Of a stretch of DNA of 45,137 nt, positions 18,810-27,845 are shown one piece after another (position 1 is the first letter of the stretch; every line of letters starts with the position of its first letter). This DNA is from Acidobacteriota bacterium (GTDB taxonomy: Bacteria > Acidobacteriota > Blastocatellia > Pyrinomonadales > Pyrinomonadaceae): contig JBKPPP010000004.1 of NCBI GenBank assembly GCA_046733615.1, positions 1-45,137 on the forward strand, in the 5' to 3' direction. The position numbers and the translations under genes are program-made. Under the pieces are notes generated by a model. It ran no database searches, had not been told where the DNA came from, and saw nothing but the letters and a program-made list of their open reading frames with translations.

Positions 18810-19523
18810 ATGGTCGGCGCAAAGCGATGTGCAGTTACGGAGGAGCGGGATCCGCTTATCCCCGAAACGGTTTGTTGTAATTCGGCTTTAGGTGCGCTTC
18901 GCGGCCTGAACGCCGTCAAAACCAGCAGACACCATGCACGCGGTTCGGTGCTGTTTGTCGAAGGTCAAATGCCACGAGGAGTCTATATCCTGTGTGAAGG
19001 TCGTGCGAAAATCTCAATCGCGTCACCCGAAGGCAAGACACTCGTGCTTAGGATTGTTCAGCCTGGTGACGTTTTAGGATTGAATGCCGCACTCACCGGC
19101 TCAACACATACTGCGACGATGCAGGCGCTCGAGCCCTGCCGCGTCGACTTTATACCTCGGAAAGATCTGCTGCGGCTGCTCGATCGTGACAAGCGTGTCT
19201 ATGCCGATGTGGCGCAGGCGTTGAGCTACAAGCTCAATAGCGTGGTAGATCACACCCGGCTGCTGTTCCTGTCGCATTCAGTAACCGAAAGACTGGCGCG
19301 ACTGATGGTTCGGTGGTGTGATGAGGGTGGGAAACGAACCAGCCAGGGAATCAAGATCGTCACAGGTCTTACTCACGAAGAAATCGCCCAGATGATTTGC
19401 ACGTCGCGTGAGACCGTCACGCGACTACTAAGCAAGTTCAAGAAGCAGCATCTGGTCAGCCTTGTCGGCACGACGATTTTTATTCGCAATCGTAAAGCGC
19501 TCGAAGCTCTCGCGGGATTCTGA
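18810..19523 (+). CDS. Crp/Fnr-family transcriptional regulator
   Basis: cNMP-binding-like barrel (GSVLFVEGQMPRGVYILCEGRAKISIASPEGKTLVLRIVQPGDVLG) and C-terminal HTH (LTHEEIAQMICTSRETVTRLLSKFKK). The start was chosen at the internal ATG giving 237 aa; the ORF is open from 18618. Confidence 0.8.
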   Translation: MVGAKRCAVTEERDPLIPETVCCNSALGALRGLNAVKTSRHHARGSVLFVEGQMPRGVYILCEGRAKISIASPEGKTLVLRIVQPGDVLGLNAALTGSTHTATMQALEPCRVDFIPRKDLLRLLDRDKRVYADVAQALSYKLNSVVDHTRLLFLSHSVTERLARLMVRWCDEGGKRTSQGIKIVTGLTHEEIAQMICTSRETVTRLLSKFKKQHLVSLVGTTIFIRNRKALEALAGF

Positions 19524-19534
19524 AGTTCGACTTG

Positions 19535-19550
19535 TGTGATGAGCGTCACA
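19535..19550. promoter_or_regulatory. Perfect CRP-type palindrome TGTGA-N6-TCACA
   Basis: TGTGATGAGCGTCACA lies in the 91-nt gap between the Crp/Fnr gene and the decaheme gene. Its centre is about 72 nt upstream of ATG 19615. Confidence 0.55.
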
Positions 19551-19614
19551 GCCATCGGCACAAACTTATCATTAAAATTGGCGGCATTTTGAGGGCCTGA
19601 GGTGAAACACCACC

Positions 19615-20622
19615 ATGATTAAGTTTCTTATTATTCTCGCTCTGCTTGTAGCGGTGATGTGGCTCGCCACGGGAACCTATTCACAGTCTGCCCCGACAGG
19701 CCAGTCTCAAGCTAAGACTCAAACGCAATCACCCCACGCCAACAGCGGCGACTACGTGGGCAGCGAAGCGTGCAAGGATTGTCACGAGGATCAATTCAAA
19801 AACTTCTCTCATACGACGCACGCGCGTCTGACCATGCTCGCCAGTTGGAAAGATCGCGTGACAGGCTGTGAATCATGTCACGGACCCGGCAAGGCCCACA
19901 TCGAAGAAGGCGATCCCAAAAAGATCATGTCCTTCAAGAACAAGCCGCCCAAGGAGATCTCCGAGACCTGTTTGACTTGTCACTCCGGCAGGGAAGAGCA
20001 CAACAACTTCCGCCGCGGCGAGCACTGGCGTAATGATATCGGGTGCATCGATTGCCATGCGCCCCATTCACCGGCCACTGGCCGGCAACTTGCCGCTTCC
20101 AACGTCTTCGTTTCACCCGCAAACGCACAGAAGCCCGGTTTCTCCACGATTAAGCTGCTCAGAAATAGCGAGCCGCAATTGTGCCTGGGCTGTCATGGCG
20201 AAATGAAGCACCAGTTTAATTTGCCCTTCCATCACAAGGTGCTGGAAGGAGCAATGAAGTGCAGCGATTGCCACAATCCGCACGGCGGTTTCGAACTTAA
20301 ACAAACGCGATTGGCGACAGGCGCGGATGCGGCCTGTATCAAGTGTCACGCTGACAAACAAGGCCCATTCGTATACGAGCACGCGCCGGTCAAGACCGAA
20401 GGTTGCATCGCGTGTCATACACCTCACGGGTCGTCCAACCCACGGCTGTTGATTACGAGCAGGGTCGGACAGCTCTGTCTGACGTGTCACAGCTCGGCCC
20501 ACGGGGTTGGCGCCGACGAACCGGCAGGTCCGCAGCATAACCAAAATGCGCAATACGCTAATTGCACAAACTGTCACGTCAAGATTCACGGTTCACGTAC
20601 GAGTCCAGTCTTTTTCAGGTAA
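19615..20622 (+). CDS. Periplasmic decaheme c-type cytochrome, MtrA/DmsE/PioA/MtoA-like
   Basis: 335 aa with a signal peptide. Exactly ten CXXCH motifs (CKDCH, CESCH, CLTCH, CIDCH, CLGCH, CSDCH, CIKCH, CIACH, CLTCH, CTNCH). C-terminal CTNCHVKIHGS resembles the MtrA-family ending. GAGGTG RBS. Confidence 0.85.
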   Translation: MIKFLIILALLVAVMWLATGTYSQSAPTGQSQAKTQTQSPHANSGDYVGSEACKDCHEDQFKNFSHTTHARLTMLASWKDRVTGCESCHGPGKAHIEEGDPKKIMSFKNKPPKEISETCLTCHSGREEHNNFRRGEHWRNDIGCIDCHAPHSPATGRQLAASNVFVSPANAQKPGFSTIKLLRNSEPQLCLGCHGEMKHQFNLPFHHKVLEGAMKCSDCHNPHGGFELKQTRLATGADAACIKCHADKQGPFVYEHAPVKTEGCIACHTPHGSSNPRLLITSRVGQLCLTCHSSAHGVGADEPAGPQHNQNAQYANCTNCHVKIHGSRTSPVFFR

Positions 20623-20667
20623 CCGTATTGTGAATCGTGGCGGCGGGCTAAGTCGGGAGGATGTCCC

Positions 20668-22860
20668 ATGACAAGGAAACCAGAGCGAGCGTACTTGATA
20701 CTTTCGGGAATAGTATTGTTGCTGATGATAGTGTCGGCGCAAGCTCAGCAACCGTCGCCCACGCCAAAAACCGATAACAATCAACCTGGTGCGCCCGTCG
20801 AAGCAGGCGAGGACGCAGGTGACTACACGGTCATCTCGAGTTTGGAGTTCGGTTATCGGGGAATAAGACTCGACGGCGACGAGAACAAGTACAAGAGCGA
20901 TCTCAATTACAAGGCTGGCCCACGCCTGTTCGACAGTAGTTTCCTAATGAGATCGCAGGACGGCAAATCGAATTTTTTCAATACCCTGCTCGTGACTTCG
21001 ACTGGTTGGGGAGCTGACCCGCAGGGCAATTTCAGAATAAGCGTCGAGAATCCAAAGTGGTATCGCTTTGACGGCACTTACCGCCGTTTCAAATACTTTC
21101 GTTTTCTGAATACCTTTGCCAATCCAAACTGGGTATTTAGTCCGCCGCAGTTTAGTGTGCCGCCGAAGCCCGGGACCGGTGAGCACGGCTTCAACACGAA
21201 AACCACGATGGGAGATTTTGATCTCACCATCCTGCCGAAGAACGAACGAATCAGATTCAACGTCGGATACTCGCCGGAACGTTACAATGGCCCTGCGTTC
21301 ACGAACTACCACTCCGGCGGAAACGAATTCAATCTCCTGTCGAATCTCAGATCCCGAGCGAACGACTTCCGCGTGGGAGCGGACGGGCGGATTGGCGGGG
21401 TCAATTTCTCGTTCCTCCAGGGTTTTCGCCGTTTTCGTGACGACAGCTCTATCGATTCCGGCGTGAATCCGGGCATCAACGTGAACCCGACCGCCGCGAA
21501 TCTCACCACTTTCCACCGCAACGAGCCCGCGCGCGGCAGCGTTAATTACACGCGCTTCAGCTTGCAGACGCTGATTGCCGGAAAACTCGATATCACAGGC
21601 CGCATCATCTACAGCAAGGCGAAGCAGACCTACGATTTTGCTGAGAACTTCACCGGCCGCAACTGGAACCCGCGAATCACGGGATTCCCGCCCAGCCCGC
21701 CGGCCGCAACGCCGAATATTCTCAACCTGGGCCAGTACGTTCTGAATGGTGAATCCGAACGGCCCAATACGCTCGGAGACATCGGATTGACGTACCGCTT
21801 CAACGAGCATTTCCGGCTTTCAAACACGTTTCGCGTAGAAGATTTCAAGATCGACGGCTTCGCCCTGTTCAGTGATTTCTTCTCGCTCACGCGCGGAACG
21901 AGGACCGATACGATCGGATTCAGTAACAACAACGTAAACACGTTGACCAAGTACCGGAAATACCAGAACCTGGTCGAAGGCGACTACCAGTTCAATAATC
22001 GCTACTCGGTCCACCTTGGATATCGTTACGCGAGGCGCCGGATCGAGGAAGAGCTGAGCGGTTTTAACCTCGGCTCGAATTCGCCCACGCCGCTAACTCC
22101 GGAGAGTTTTGAGGAACACAACAACACCAACGTAGTGATTGGCGGTTTCAAAGCGCGGCCGCTCACTGACTGGACGATCTACTTCGACGCCGAACACGGC
22201 ACGGCCGACAACGTCTTCACTCGAATCGGAAACTACAACTTCACCAATGTTCGAGCTAAGAGCCGGTACAAACCGAGTCGAAATGTGGCGTTCAATGTGT
22301 CGTACATTACGAAAAACAATTCCAACCCTTCGGAGATCGCCGGTGTTTCGCTCGAAGACTTTGGCGTAAGCGTGAAATCGCGTCTCTTCTCCACGACTCT
22401 TGATTGGACTCCTGATTCAAGAGCGTCGTTCAGCACCGGATACAACTACCACTGGATCACCAGCAATTCCGCTATTGAATACTTCTTCAATAGTGTACAG
22501 CACCCGTTTGGTCACAGTGTCTATTACAGCCGGAACAACTTCTTCTTTATCGATGCGGTGCTCCAGCCGGCTCGCCGCGTGACACTATTCACGTCGTACC
22601 GGATCAATAAAGATAACGGTCAGGGCAATCGAGTTGCCGACCCGACCGGTAATCCCGGATTGCTGATCGCTTCTTATCCGATGAGTTTCCAGTCACCCGA
22701 AGCGCGGCTGGCGATCAAGTTACATCATCGACTTGATTGGAACATTGGCTACCAGTATTACAACTACGACGAAAGCGCGATTGTCGGTCCAAGACCGCAG
22801 AACTATCACGTACACCTCCCATACACGTCGTTGCGAATTTACATCGGTCGAAGAGAATAG
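20668..22860 (+). CDS. Large outer-membrane beta-barrel protein, MtrB/PioB-like porin partner of the decaheme
   Basis: 730 aa, signal peptide ...LLLMIVSAQAQQ, no Cys. Alternating aromatic/polar beta-strand pattern throughout (many Y/F/W-x-G/N/D turns). GGGAGG RBS. Position immediately 3' of an MtrA-like gene and a size like MtrB (about 700 aa). Family assignment is inferred, not searched. Confidence 0.6.
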   Translation: MTRKPERAYLILSGIVLLLMIVSAQAQQPSPTPKTDNNQPGAPVEAGEDAGDYTVISSLEFGYRGIRLDGDENKYKSDLNYKAGPRLFDSSFLMRSQDGKSNFFNTLLVTSTGWGADPQGNFRISVENPKWYRFDGTYRRFKYFRFLNTFANPNWVFSPPQFSVPPKPGTGEHGFNTKTTMGDFDLTILPKNERIRFNVGYSPERYNGPAFTNYHSGGNEFNLLSNLRSRANDFRVGADGRIGGVNFSFLQGFRRFRDDSSIDSGVNPGINVNPTAANLTTFHRNEPARGSVNYTRFSLQTLIAGKLDITGRIIYSKAKQTYDFAENFTGRNWNPRITGFPPSPPAATPNILNLGQYVLNGESERPNTLGDIGLTYRFNEHFRLSNTFRVEDFKIDGFALFSDFFSLTRGTRTDTIGFSNNNVNTLTKYRKYQNLVEGDYQFNNRYSVHLGYRYARRRIEEELSGFNLGSNSPTPLTPESFEEHNNTNVVIGGFKARPLTDWTIYFDAEHGTADNVFTRIGNYNFTNVRAKSRYKPSRNVAFNVSYITKNNSNPSEIAGVSLEDFGVSVKSRLFSTTLDWTPDSRASFSTGYNYHWITSNSAIEYFFNSVQHPFGHSVYYSRNNFFFIDAVLQPARRVTLFTSYRINKDNGQGNRVADPTGNPGLLIASYPMSFQSPEARLAIKLHHRLDWNIGYQYYNYDESAIVGPRPQNYHVHLPYTSLRIYIGRRE

Positions 22861-22920
22861 AGTTAGAAACGAAGGCCACGGTAAGTTGCAGTTTCAGTTC
22901 TGATAACTCCGGAGGACTGA

Positions 22921-23403
22921 GTGGGCGACATTATTGCCGATAAGACAACTGGCCCAGGCCGCGATCCTGCATTACAAACAACGTCCCGTCGCAAGTTCCT
23001 CGATTACTTGCTCGGAACCAGTGCAGTCGCGACCCTGGGTGCGATCTTGTATCCGATCATCCGGTTCATGGTGCCGCCGCACATCGTGGAGGCACTGCAA
23101 AACTCCGTGGTGGCCGCCAAGGTGACTGAGCTCCCGCCAAACTCGGCGAAGATCTTCAAATTCGGCAGCAAACCCGGGATTGTTATCCGCACGGCGTCCG
23201 GAGAATTGAAGGCCTTCTCAGCCGTGTGCACCCACCTCGACTGCATCGTGCAGTATCGTCAGGATACGAAACAGATCTGGTGCGCCTGCCATAACGGTCA
23301 ATACAACCTCAACGGAGAAAACATCGGCGGTCCCCCGCCGCGGCCCCTGGAAGAATATGTAGTGAACAAACGAGGCGACGACATTGTAGTAAACAGATCC
23401 TGA
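22921..23403 (+). CDS. Rieske [2Fe-2S] subunit of a cytochrome bc/b6f-type complex, Tat-exported
   Basis: GTG start after GGAGGA. Twin-arginine motif [11 protein letters not shown] plus TM helix. Rieske boxes CTHLDC and CACHNG. Confidence 0.88.
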   Translation: MGDIIADKTTGPGRDPALQTTSRRKFLDYLLGTSAVATLGAILYPIIRFMVPPHIVEALQNSVVAAKVTELPPNSAKIFKFGSKPGIVIRTASGELKAFSAVCTHLDCIVQYRQDTKQIWCACHNGQYNLNGENIGGPPPRPLEEYVVNKRGDDIVVNRS

Positions 23404-23408
23404 AGCCG

Positions 23409-24473
23409 ATGAAAGTCGACACAGTGAAAAGCTGGCTTGATGAGCGTCTCTACATAAGCGCGCTCACCCAGGCGGCGCAGAAGAAAGAAGTTCCGCTTCA
23501 CCGTCAGTCAATCTGGTACTACTTCGGTGGTATGACGCTGTTTCTTTTCGTGGTCCAGGTGGTCACGGGAATCCTGTTATTGCTCTACTACCGGCCGAGC
23601 GCTGAAAACGCGTTTGAGAGCGTTCAGTTCATCATGACTGAGGTGAAGTTTGGCTGGCTGATCCGTTCAATTCATAGTTGGTCGGCGAACCTGATGATTC
23701 TGACGCTGTTCATCCACCTGTTCAGCGTCTATTTCATGCGCGCTTACAACCGGCCTCGCGAGATCACGTGGGTCAGCGGCGTGGTGCTGCTGTTCATTTC
23801 CATCTGTTTTGGGTTCAGCGGGTATTTACTGCCGTGGAACGAGGTCTCGTTCTTTGCTACGAAGGTGGGCACTGAGATTGCCGGCGTCATTCCAGTCGTC
23901 GGCAAGACAATGTTGCGCTTCCTGCGCGGCGGTGACGAAGTGACCGGCGCCACGTTGACGCGCTTTTTCGGATTTCACGTCGCAGTGCTACCGGCAATGG
24001 CGACGGTATTTGTATTTGTGCACGTCCTGCTGGTCCAGGTGCACGGCATGCATGTTCCGGCTCGTTATGAACAGAATAGCCGGCGCATAAAATTCTTTCC
24101 AAACTTCATAATGCGCGACGCGATCGGGTGGTTATTCGCAATTGGCGCGTTGGCTGCACTCGCCGCCATTTTCCCTTGGGAGCTCGGCGTCAAAGCGGAT
24201 CCGTTTGCGCCGGCCCCGGCCGGAATAAAACCGGAATGGTATTTCCTGTTCATGTTTCAAACACTGAAATACATTCCAGCGAAGATTCTCAGTATTGATG
24301 GCGAAGTTCTCGGCATTCTTTTTTTCATGTTGGCAGGCGGCGCCCTGTTTCTGGTGCCGTTCATTAATCGCTCTGCGGAGCAGCATCCGCGCCGCAGGCT
24401 GGTGTTCAATCTACTCGGAATTATCGCGATCTTGTTCATGGCAGTTATGACGGTGATCGGGTATTTAGCGTGA
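23409..24473 (+). CDS. Cytochrome b (fused b6 + subunit IV type)
   Basis: [30 protein letters not shown]. Helix B has H-x13-H ([15 protein letters not shown]) and helix D has H-x14-H ([16 protein letters not shown]), which is b6-like spacing. Qo-site PEWY motif ([15 protein letters not shown]). Confidence 0.9.
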   Translation: MKVDTVKSWLDERLYISALTQAAQKKEVPLHRQSIWYYFGGMTLFLFVVQVVTGILLLLYYRPSAENAFESVQFIMTEVKFGWLIRSIHSWSANLMILTLFIHLFSVYFMRAYNRPREITWVSGVVLLFISICFGFSGYLLPWNEVSFFATKVGTEIAGVIPVVGKTMLRFLRGGDEVTGATLTRFFGFHVAVLPAMATVFVFVHVLLVQVHGMHVPARYEQNSRRIKFFPNFIMRDAIGWLFAIGALAALAAIFPWELGVKADPFAPAPAGIKPEWYFLFMFQTLKYIPAKILSIDGEVLGILFFMLAGGALFLVPFINRSAEQHPRRRLVFNLLGIIAILFMAVMTVIGYLA

Positions 24474-25756
24474 TAACGAGAATCCGATTACTTTTGCTGT
24501 TTGCGGCCGGCGTGTTGTTGATTACTGCCTGCCCGGCCGCTGCTCAGCAGAAAAACTCGTGTCTCGAGTGTCACAGCAAACTGGAAGGAGAATTCGGCGC
24601 GCCCGCGCGTTCGATTAAAGACGACATTCATCTTTCCAGAGGTCTCTCCTGCAACGATTGCCACGGCGGCGATCCGACCAAGGACGACAAGGACGCCGCG
24701 AAAGACAGATCGAAAGGTTATTTGGGGCGGCCTCGAACGGTAGATATTCCCGCCTTCTGCGGCAAGTGTCACAACGATGCGAGCTTTATGAAGAAGTTTA
24801 ATCCGGCTTTGCGAGTGGACCAGGAGAAGGAGTACTCGACCAGCGTTCACGGACAACTGCTAAAAAAGGGAAACGAGAAGGTCGCCACCTGTATCAGTTG
24901 TCATGGCGTGCACGGAATTCGCGCCGTGAGCGACGCTCTTTCTTCAGTGTACCCGTCGAACGTTGCGGAGACCTGTTCCAAGTGCCACAGCGAAGCGGGC
25001 CGGATGGCCGAATTCAAAATTCCGACAGATCAATACTCGAGGTACAAGAAGAGTGTTCATGCGAAGGCGTTGTATGAGAAGCAGGATCTCAGTGCTCCGA
25101 CATGCAACGACTGTCATGGTAATCATGGCGCGGCTCCTCCGGGCATCGCGTCGGTGGCAAATGTTTGCGGGCAGTGTCACGCACGGCAGGCGGAGCTGTT
25201 TCAAGCCAGCCCACACAAAGTCGCGTTCGATAACGCGGGATTTGGCGAGTGCATCAAGTGTCATAACAACCACGACATCTACCCGCCCACCGATGCTCTG
25301 ATAGGCACAGGCGAAAACTCTATTTGTATATCGTGTCATAAACCGGGCGACAAAGGATTCATCGCTGCCGGCCAAATGCGCGGCGCGATCGACGACCTGT
25401 TGGCTCGTATCAAGCGCTCGGAGGAGATACTGGGTCGGGCGGAACGCGCAGGCATGGAAGTAAGTAAGCCCAAGTTTGATTTGCGTGAGGCAATTGACGG
25501 CGTTACTCATGCACGCGTGCTGATCCACACCTCATCTCCCGCGGAAGTCGACAAGCTGGTTGTGCCGGCGGTCGGGGTTGCGACAAAGGCGTACGAGTCT
25601 GGACAGGGCGCGCTTGCGGAGTTGAATGTTAGACGCAAAGGTCTGGTGGTCTCACTATTTTTTATCCTGTTCCTGGCGTTTCTGGTGTATTTAAAGCTGA
25701 GAGAAATTGAGAGACGGCGGCCAGCCGAGGGATTTTCAAAGAGTGGCGGCACCTAA
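24470..25756 (+). CDS. Membrane-anchored nonaheme c-type cytochrome (occupies the cytochrome c1/f position of the Rieske/cyt b operon)
   Basis: GTG start overlaps the cyt b stop (GTGA). Nine CXXCH motifs. N-terminal signal with possible lipobox LITAC. Helical region and C-terminal TM helix [18 protein letters not shown]. Three motifs are of the CxxCHxxHxI type. Confidence 0.8.
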   Translation: MITRIRLLLLFAAGVLLITACPAAAQQKNSCLECHSKLEGEFGAPARSIKDDIHLSRGLSCNDCHGGDPTKDDKDAAKDRSKGYLGRPRTVDIPAFCGKCHNDASFMKKFNPALRVDQEKEYSTSVHGQLLKKGNEKVATCISCHGVHGIRAVSDALSSVYPSNVAETCSKCHSEAGRMAEFKIPTDQYSRYKKSVHAKALYEKQDLSAPTCNDCHGNHGAAPPGIASVANVCGQCHARQAELFQASPHKVAFDNAGFGECIKCHNNHDIYPPTDALIGTGENSICISCHKPGDKGFIAAGQMRGAIDDLLARIKRSEEILGRAERAGMEVSKPKFDLREAIDGVTHARVLIHTSSPAEVDKLVVPAVGVATKAYESGQGALAELNVRRKGLVVSLFFILFLAFLVYLKLREIERRRPAEGFSKSGGT

Positions 25757-25765
25757 AAAGGACAA

Positions 25766-26968
25766 ATGCGCATACCGGTACAAGGGACAATCTCCTTCTT
25801 AGCGTGTCTCGTTTTCTTGCTCTGCTTCGGCGGTTTCATCGACGCGCACGATTCGTCGGTAGTCGCTCAGACGCGTCGTCGTGCGCGGCCACGACAGAGT
25901 CAACCACAGAAGCCGCGCATCGACTACTCGAGATTTTCGCACCACACTCACGTCCAGACGCAAAAGCTTGCCTGTGATTCGTGCCATAAGTTTCCCTCGA
26001 AAAACTGGAAAGAAGTTCGTAAGGGCGACGATGCGTTCGCCGACGTGACTGACTTTCCCGAACACCAGGCCTGTCTCAACTGTCATCGCACACAGTTCTT
26101 CGCGCGTGAACGGCCGGCGCCGGTCATCTGTTCGAACTGTCACGTTGCGGTTACTCCAAAAAACACCGCGCGGCATCCATTTCCAAGTCTGGGCGCACCA
26201 TTCCTGAGCACGCGTCCGGATTTCGTTTCGGAGTTCAAGGTTGCGTTTCCACATGAGAAACACGTGGACGTGGTGGGTAGCCTGCGTTTCAGACTTCGCG
26301 ATGATCGGACATTCGCTTTTGCTCATGCATCGTACACGCGGGATGATGCGCAGTCTAAGAGTTGCGTCGTATGCCATCACACCTACCAGCCCCAGGGAAA
26401 GTCGAGTGACGAGTTTGTTACCCCGCCGCCGAAGAACCTGCCCGAAGACGCGTTCTGGTTGAAGAAGGGCGCCTTCAAAACAACACCGACTACCCACAGC
26501 GATTGTTCCACTTGTCACAACGAAGAGGCGGGGATCGCTCCTTCGCCAAAGGACTGTGCTGCCTGTCATAAGTTTTCGCCTGCGGTTACTGAGCCGCTGC
26601 GCGACTTCGATCCAAAACTCGCCGCGACGATGCGCGTAACTGATTGGGTGATGCTGCGAAAGTGGTCACGACGCAGCGCCGGACGTTATCGACACGAGTT
26701 CGATGTTCATAATGAGATGGGTTGTACGTCCTGCCATAACCCGGCCGTGATGAACACGCTCGACGAGAGAACGTTTGTTTCGGTGAAGTCGTGCGGCGGG
26801 AGCGGTGGCTGTCACATTGAAACAAATACGGAAGGCATTCTGAACTACGAGATCGAACAGAAGAAAAAGAATCCGGCGTTCCATTGTGTCAAGTGCCACA
26901 TCATAATAGGCAAGAACCCCGTTCCGCAGGATCACCTGGACGCGATCCCGAAAGCGCCAACGAAATAA
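25766..26968 (+). CDS. Multiheme c-type cytochrome, c7/c3-like repeats (8 CXXCH + 1 CX5CH)
   Basis: 400 aa with a hydrophobic N-terminus. Eight CXXCH motifs plus CGGSGGCH. Repeated F-x-H-x-x-H strings (FSHHTH, FPHEKH) are typical of c7/c3 domains. Confidence 0.8.
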   Translation: MRIPVQGTISFLACLVFLLCFGGFIDAHDSSVVAQTRRRARPRQSQPQKPRIDYSRFSHHTHVQTQKLACDSCHKFPSKNWKEVRKGDDAFADVTDFPEHQACLNCHRTQFFARERPAPVICSNCHVAVTPKNTARHPFPSLGAPFLSTRPDFVSEFKVAFPHEKHVDVVGSLRFRLRDDRTFAFAHASYTRDDAQSKSCVVCHHTYQPQGKSSDEFVTPPPKNLPEDAFWLKKGAFKTTPTTHSDCSTCHNEEAGIAPSPKDCAACHKFSPAVTEPLRDFDPKLAATMRVTDWVMLRKWSRRSAGRYRHEFDVHNEMGCTSCHNPAVMNTLDERTFVSVKSCGGSGGCHIETNTEGILNYEIEQKKKNPAFHCVKCHIIIGKNPVPQDHLDAIPKAPTK

Positions 26969-27792
26969 TGCTGGAAGAGACTACAGGCAAACCGCGCGTA
27001 TCGTTATTGCTTTGCGCCTTCATGGGCGTCGTCGTCTTTTGTATGGCCCAACCGAGCGCCGCGGCGCAGGAGCCGAGTCTTGATTACTCGAAGTTTCTTC
27101 ACACGACGCAGAACCATGCGCGCATGCCTTGTTTGTTATGTCACAGGCGAGAGAGCAATTCGCCCCGGCCTGCTCTGCCGGGTGCGGCGCAGCACGCCCC
27201 TTGCGCGGGATGCCATGCGCAGCAGTTTGCGAATAAAGAGAGTCCCATCTGCACGATTTGTCATACCGACGTCAATTCCGGCGCGACGAAGCCTTTCCCG
27301 CCGCTGAAGAGTTTCCGCGTCAACTTCGATCACGGAAAACACTTGAGTATGGGTGGCGTGAGTTGTGCTACCTGTCATCGGCCCGCAAGAGGCGGTGTCG
27401 CGCTCTCGATTCCGGCCGGCTTCAATGCCCATTCGACCTGCTTTACCTGTCACACGCCTCGTGCAAAATCCGGCGATCGAGACATTTCTTCCTGCGGAAC
27501 GTGCCATAAAGTCGGCGGTTACTCCAGAACGCCTCAGTGGACCGCGGCTTTTCGCATGAGTTTCAGTCACGCTAAACATGGCTCGGGGCAGAAGCTGAGT
27601 TGTGACGACTGTCATCAGGTGAGAACCGGCTTGCCGCAGAGCCGACAAGTGACTGCTCCGGAGCCTGCTAATCATCACGCGAGCGGGCGAACCCAGAGTT
27701 GCATGACTTGTCATGATGGCAAGCGGGCGTTTGGCGGTGATGATTTCTCTGTTTGCAAGCGATGTCACACAGGAGTGCGGTGGCAGTTTTGA
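26968..27792 (+). CDS. Nonaheme c-type cytochrome built of c7-type triheme modules
   Basis: ATG 26968 overlaps the preceding TAA (TAATG). Signal peptide ...VVFCMAQPSAAAQ. Nine CXXCH in about 250 mature residues, with FDHGKH and FSHAKH strings. Confidence 0.8.
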   Translation: MLEETTGKPRVSLLLCAFMGVVVFCMAQPSAAAQEPSLDYSKFLHTTQNHARMPCLLCHRRESNSPRPALPGAAQHAPCAGCHAQQFANKESPICTICHTDVNSGATKPFPPLKSFRVNFDHGKHLSMGGVSCATCHRPARGGVALSIPAGFNAHSTCFTCHTPRAKSGDRDISSCGTCHKVGGYSRTPQWTAAFRMSFSHAKHGSGQKLSCDDCHQVRTGLPQSRQVTAPEPANHHASGRTQSCMTCHDGKRAFGGDDFSVCKRCHTGVRWQF

Positions 27793-27845
27793 TGTGAAGC
27801 CCCCAACGTTGAATTCGTTTTGAGAAGTTTCCAGGAGGTGTGAAC

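Noticed and set aside
19579-19593. TGGCGGCATTTTGAG upstream of the decaheme gene as a sigma54 promoter
   Set aside because: The -12 position reads TGAG instead of TTGC, with no GC at the required spacing.
20944-21810. Long antisense ORFs inside the cytochrome cluster (20944-21810, 24944-25528, 25799-26569, 27136-27768, 27765-28403, 29032-29892, 30957-31616)
   Set aside because: The + strand frames carry regularly spaced CXXCH motifs, signal peptides and RBSs. The antisense products have none of these features.
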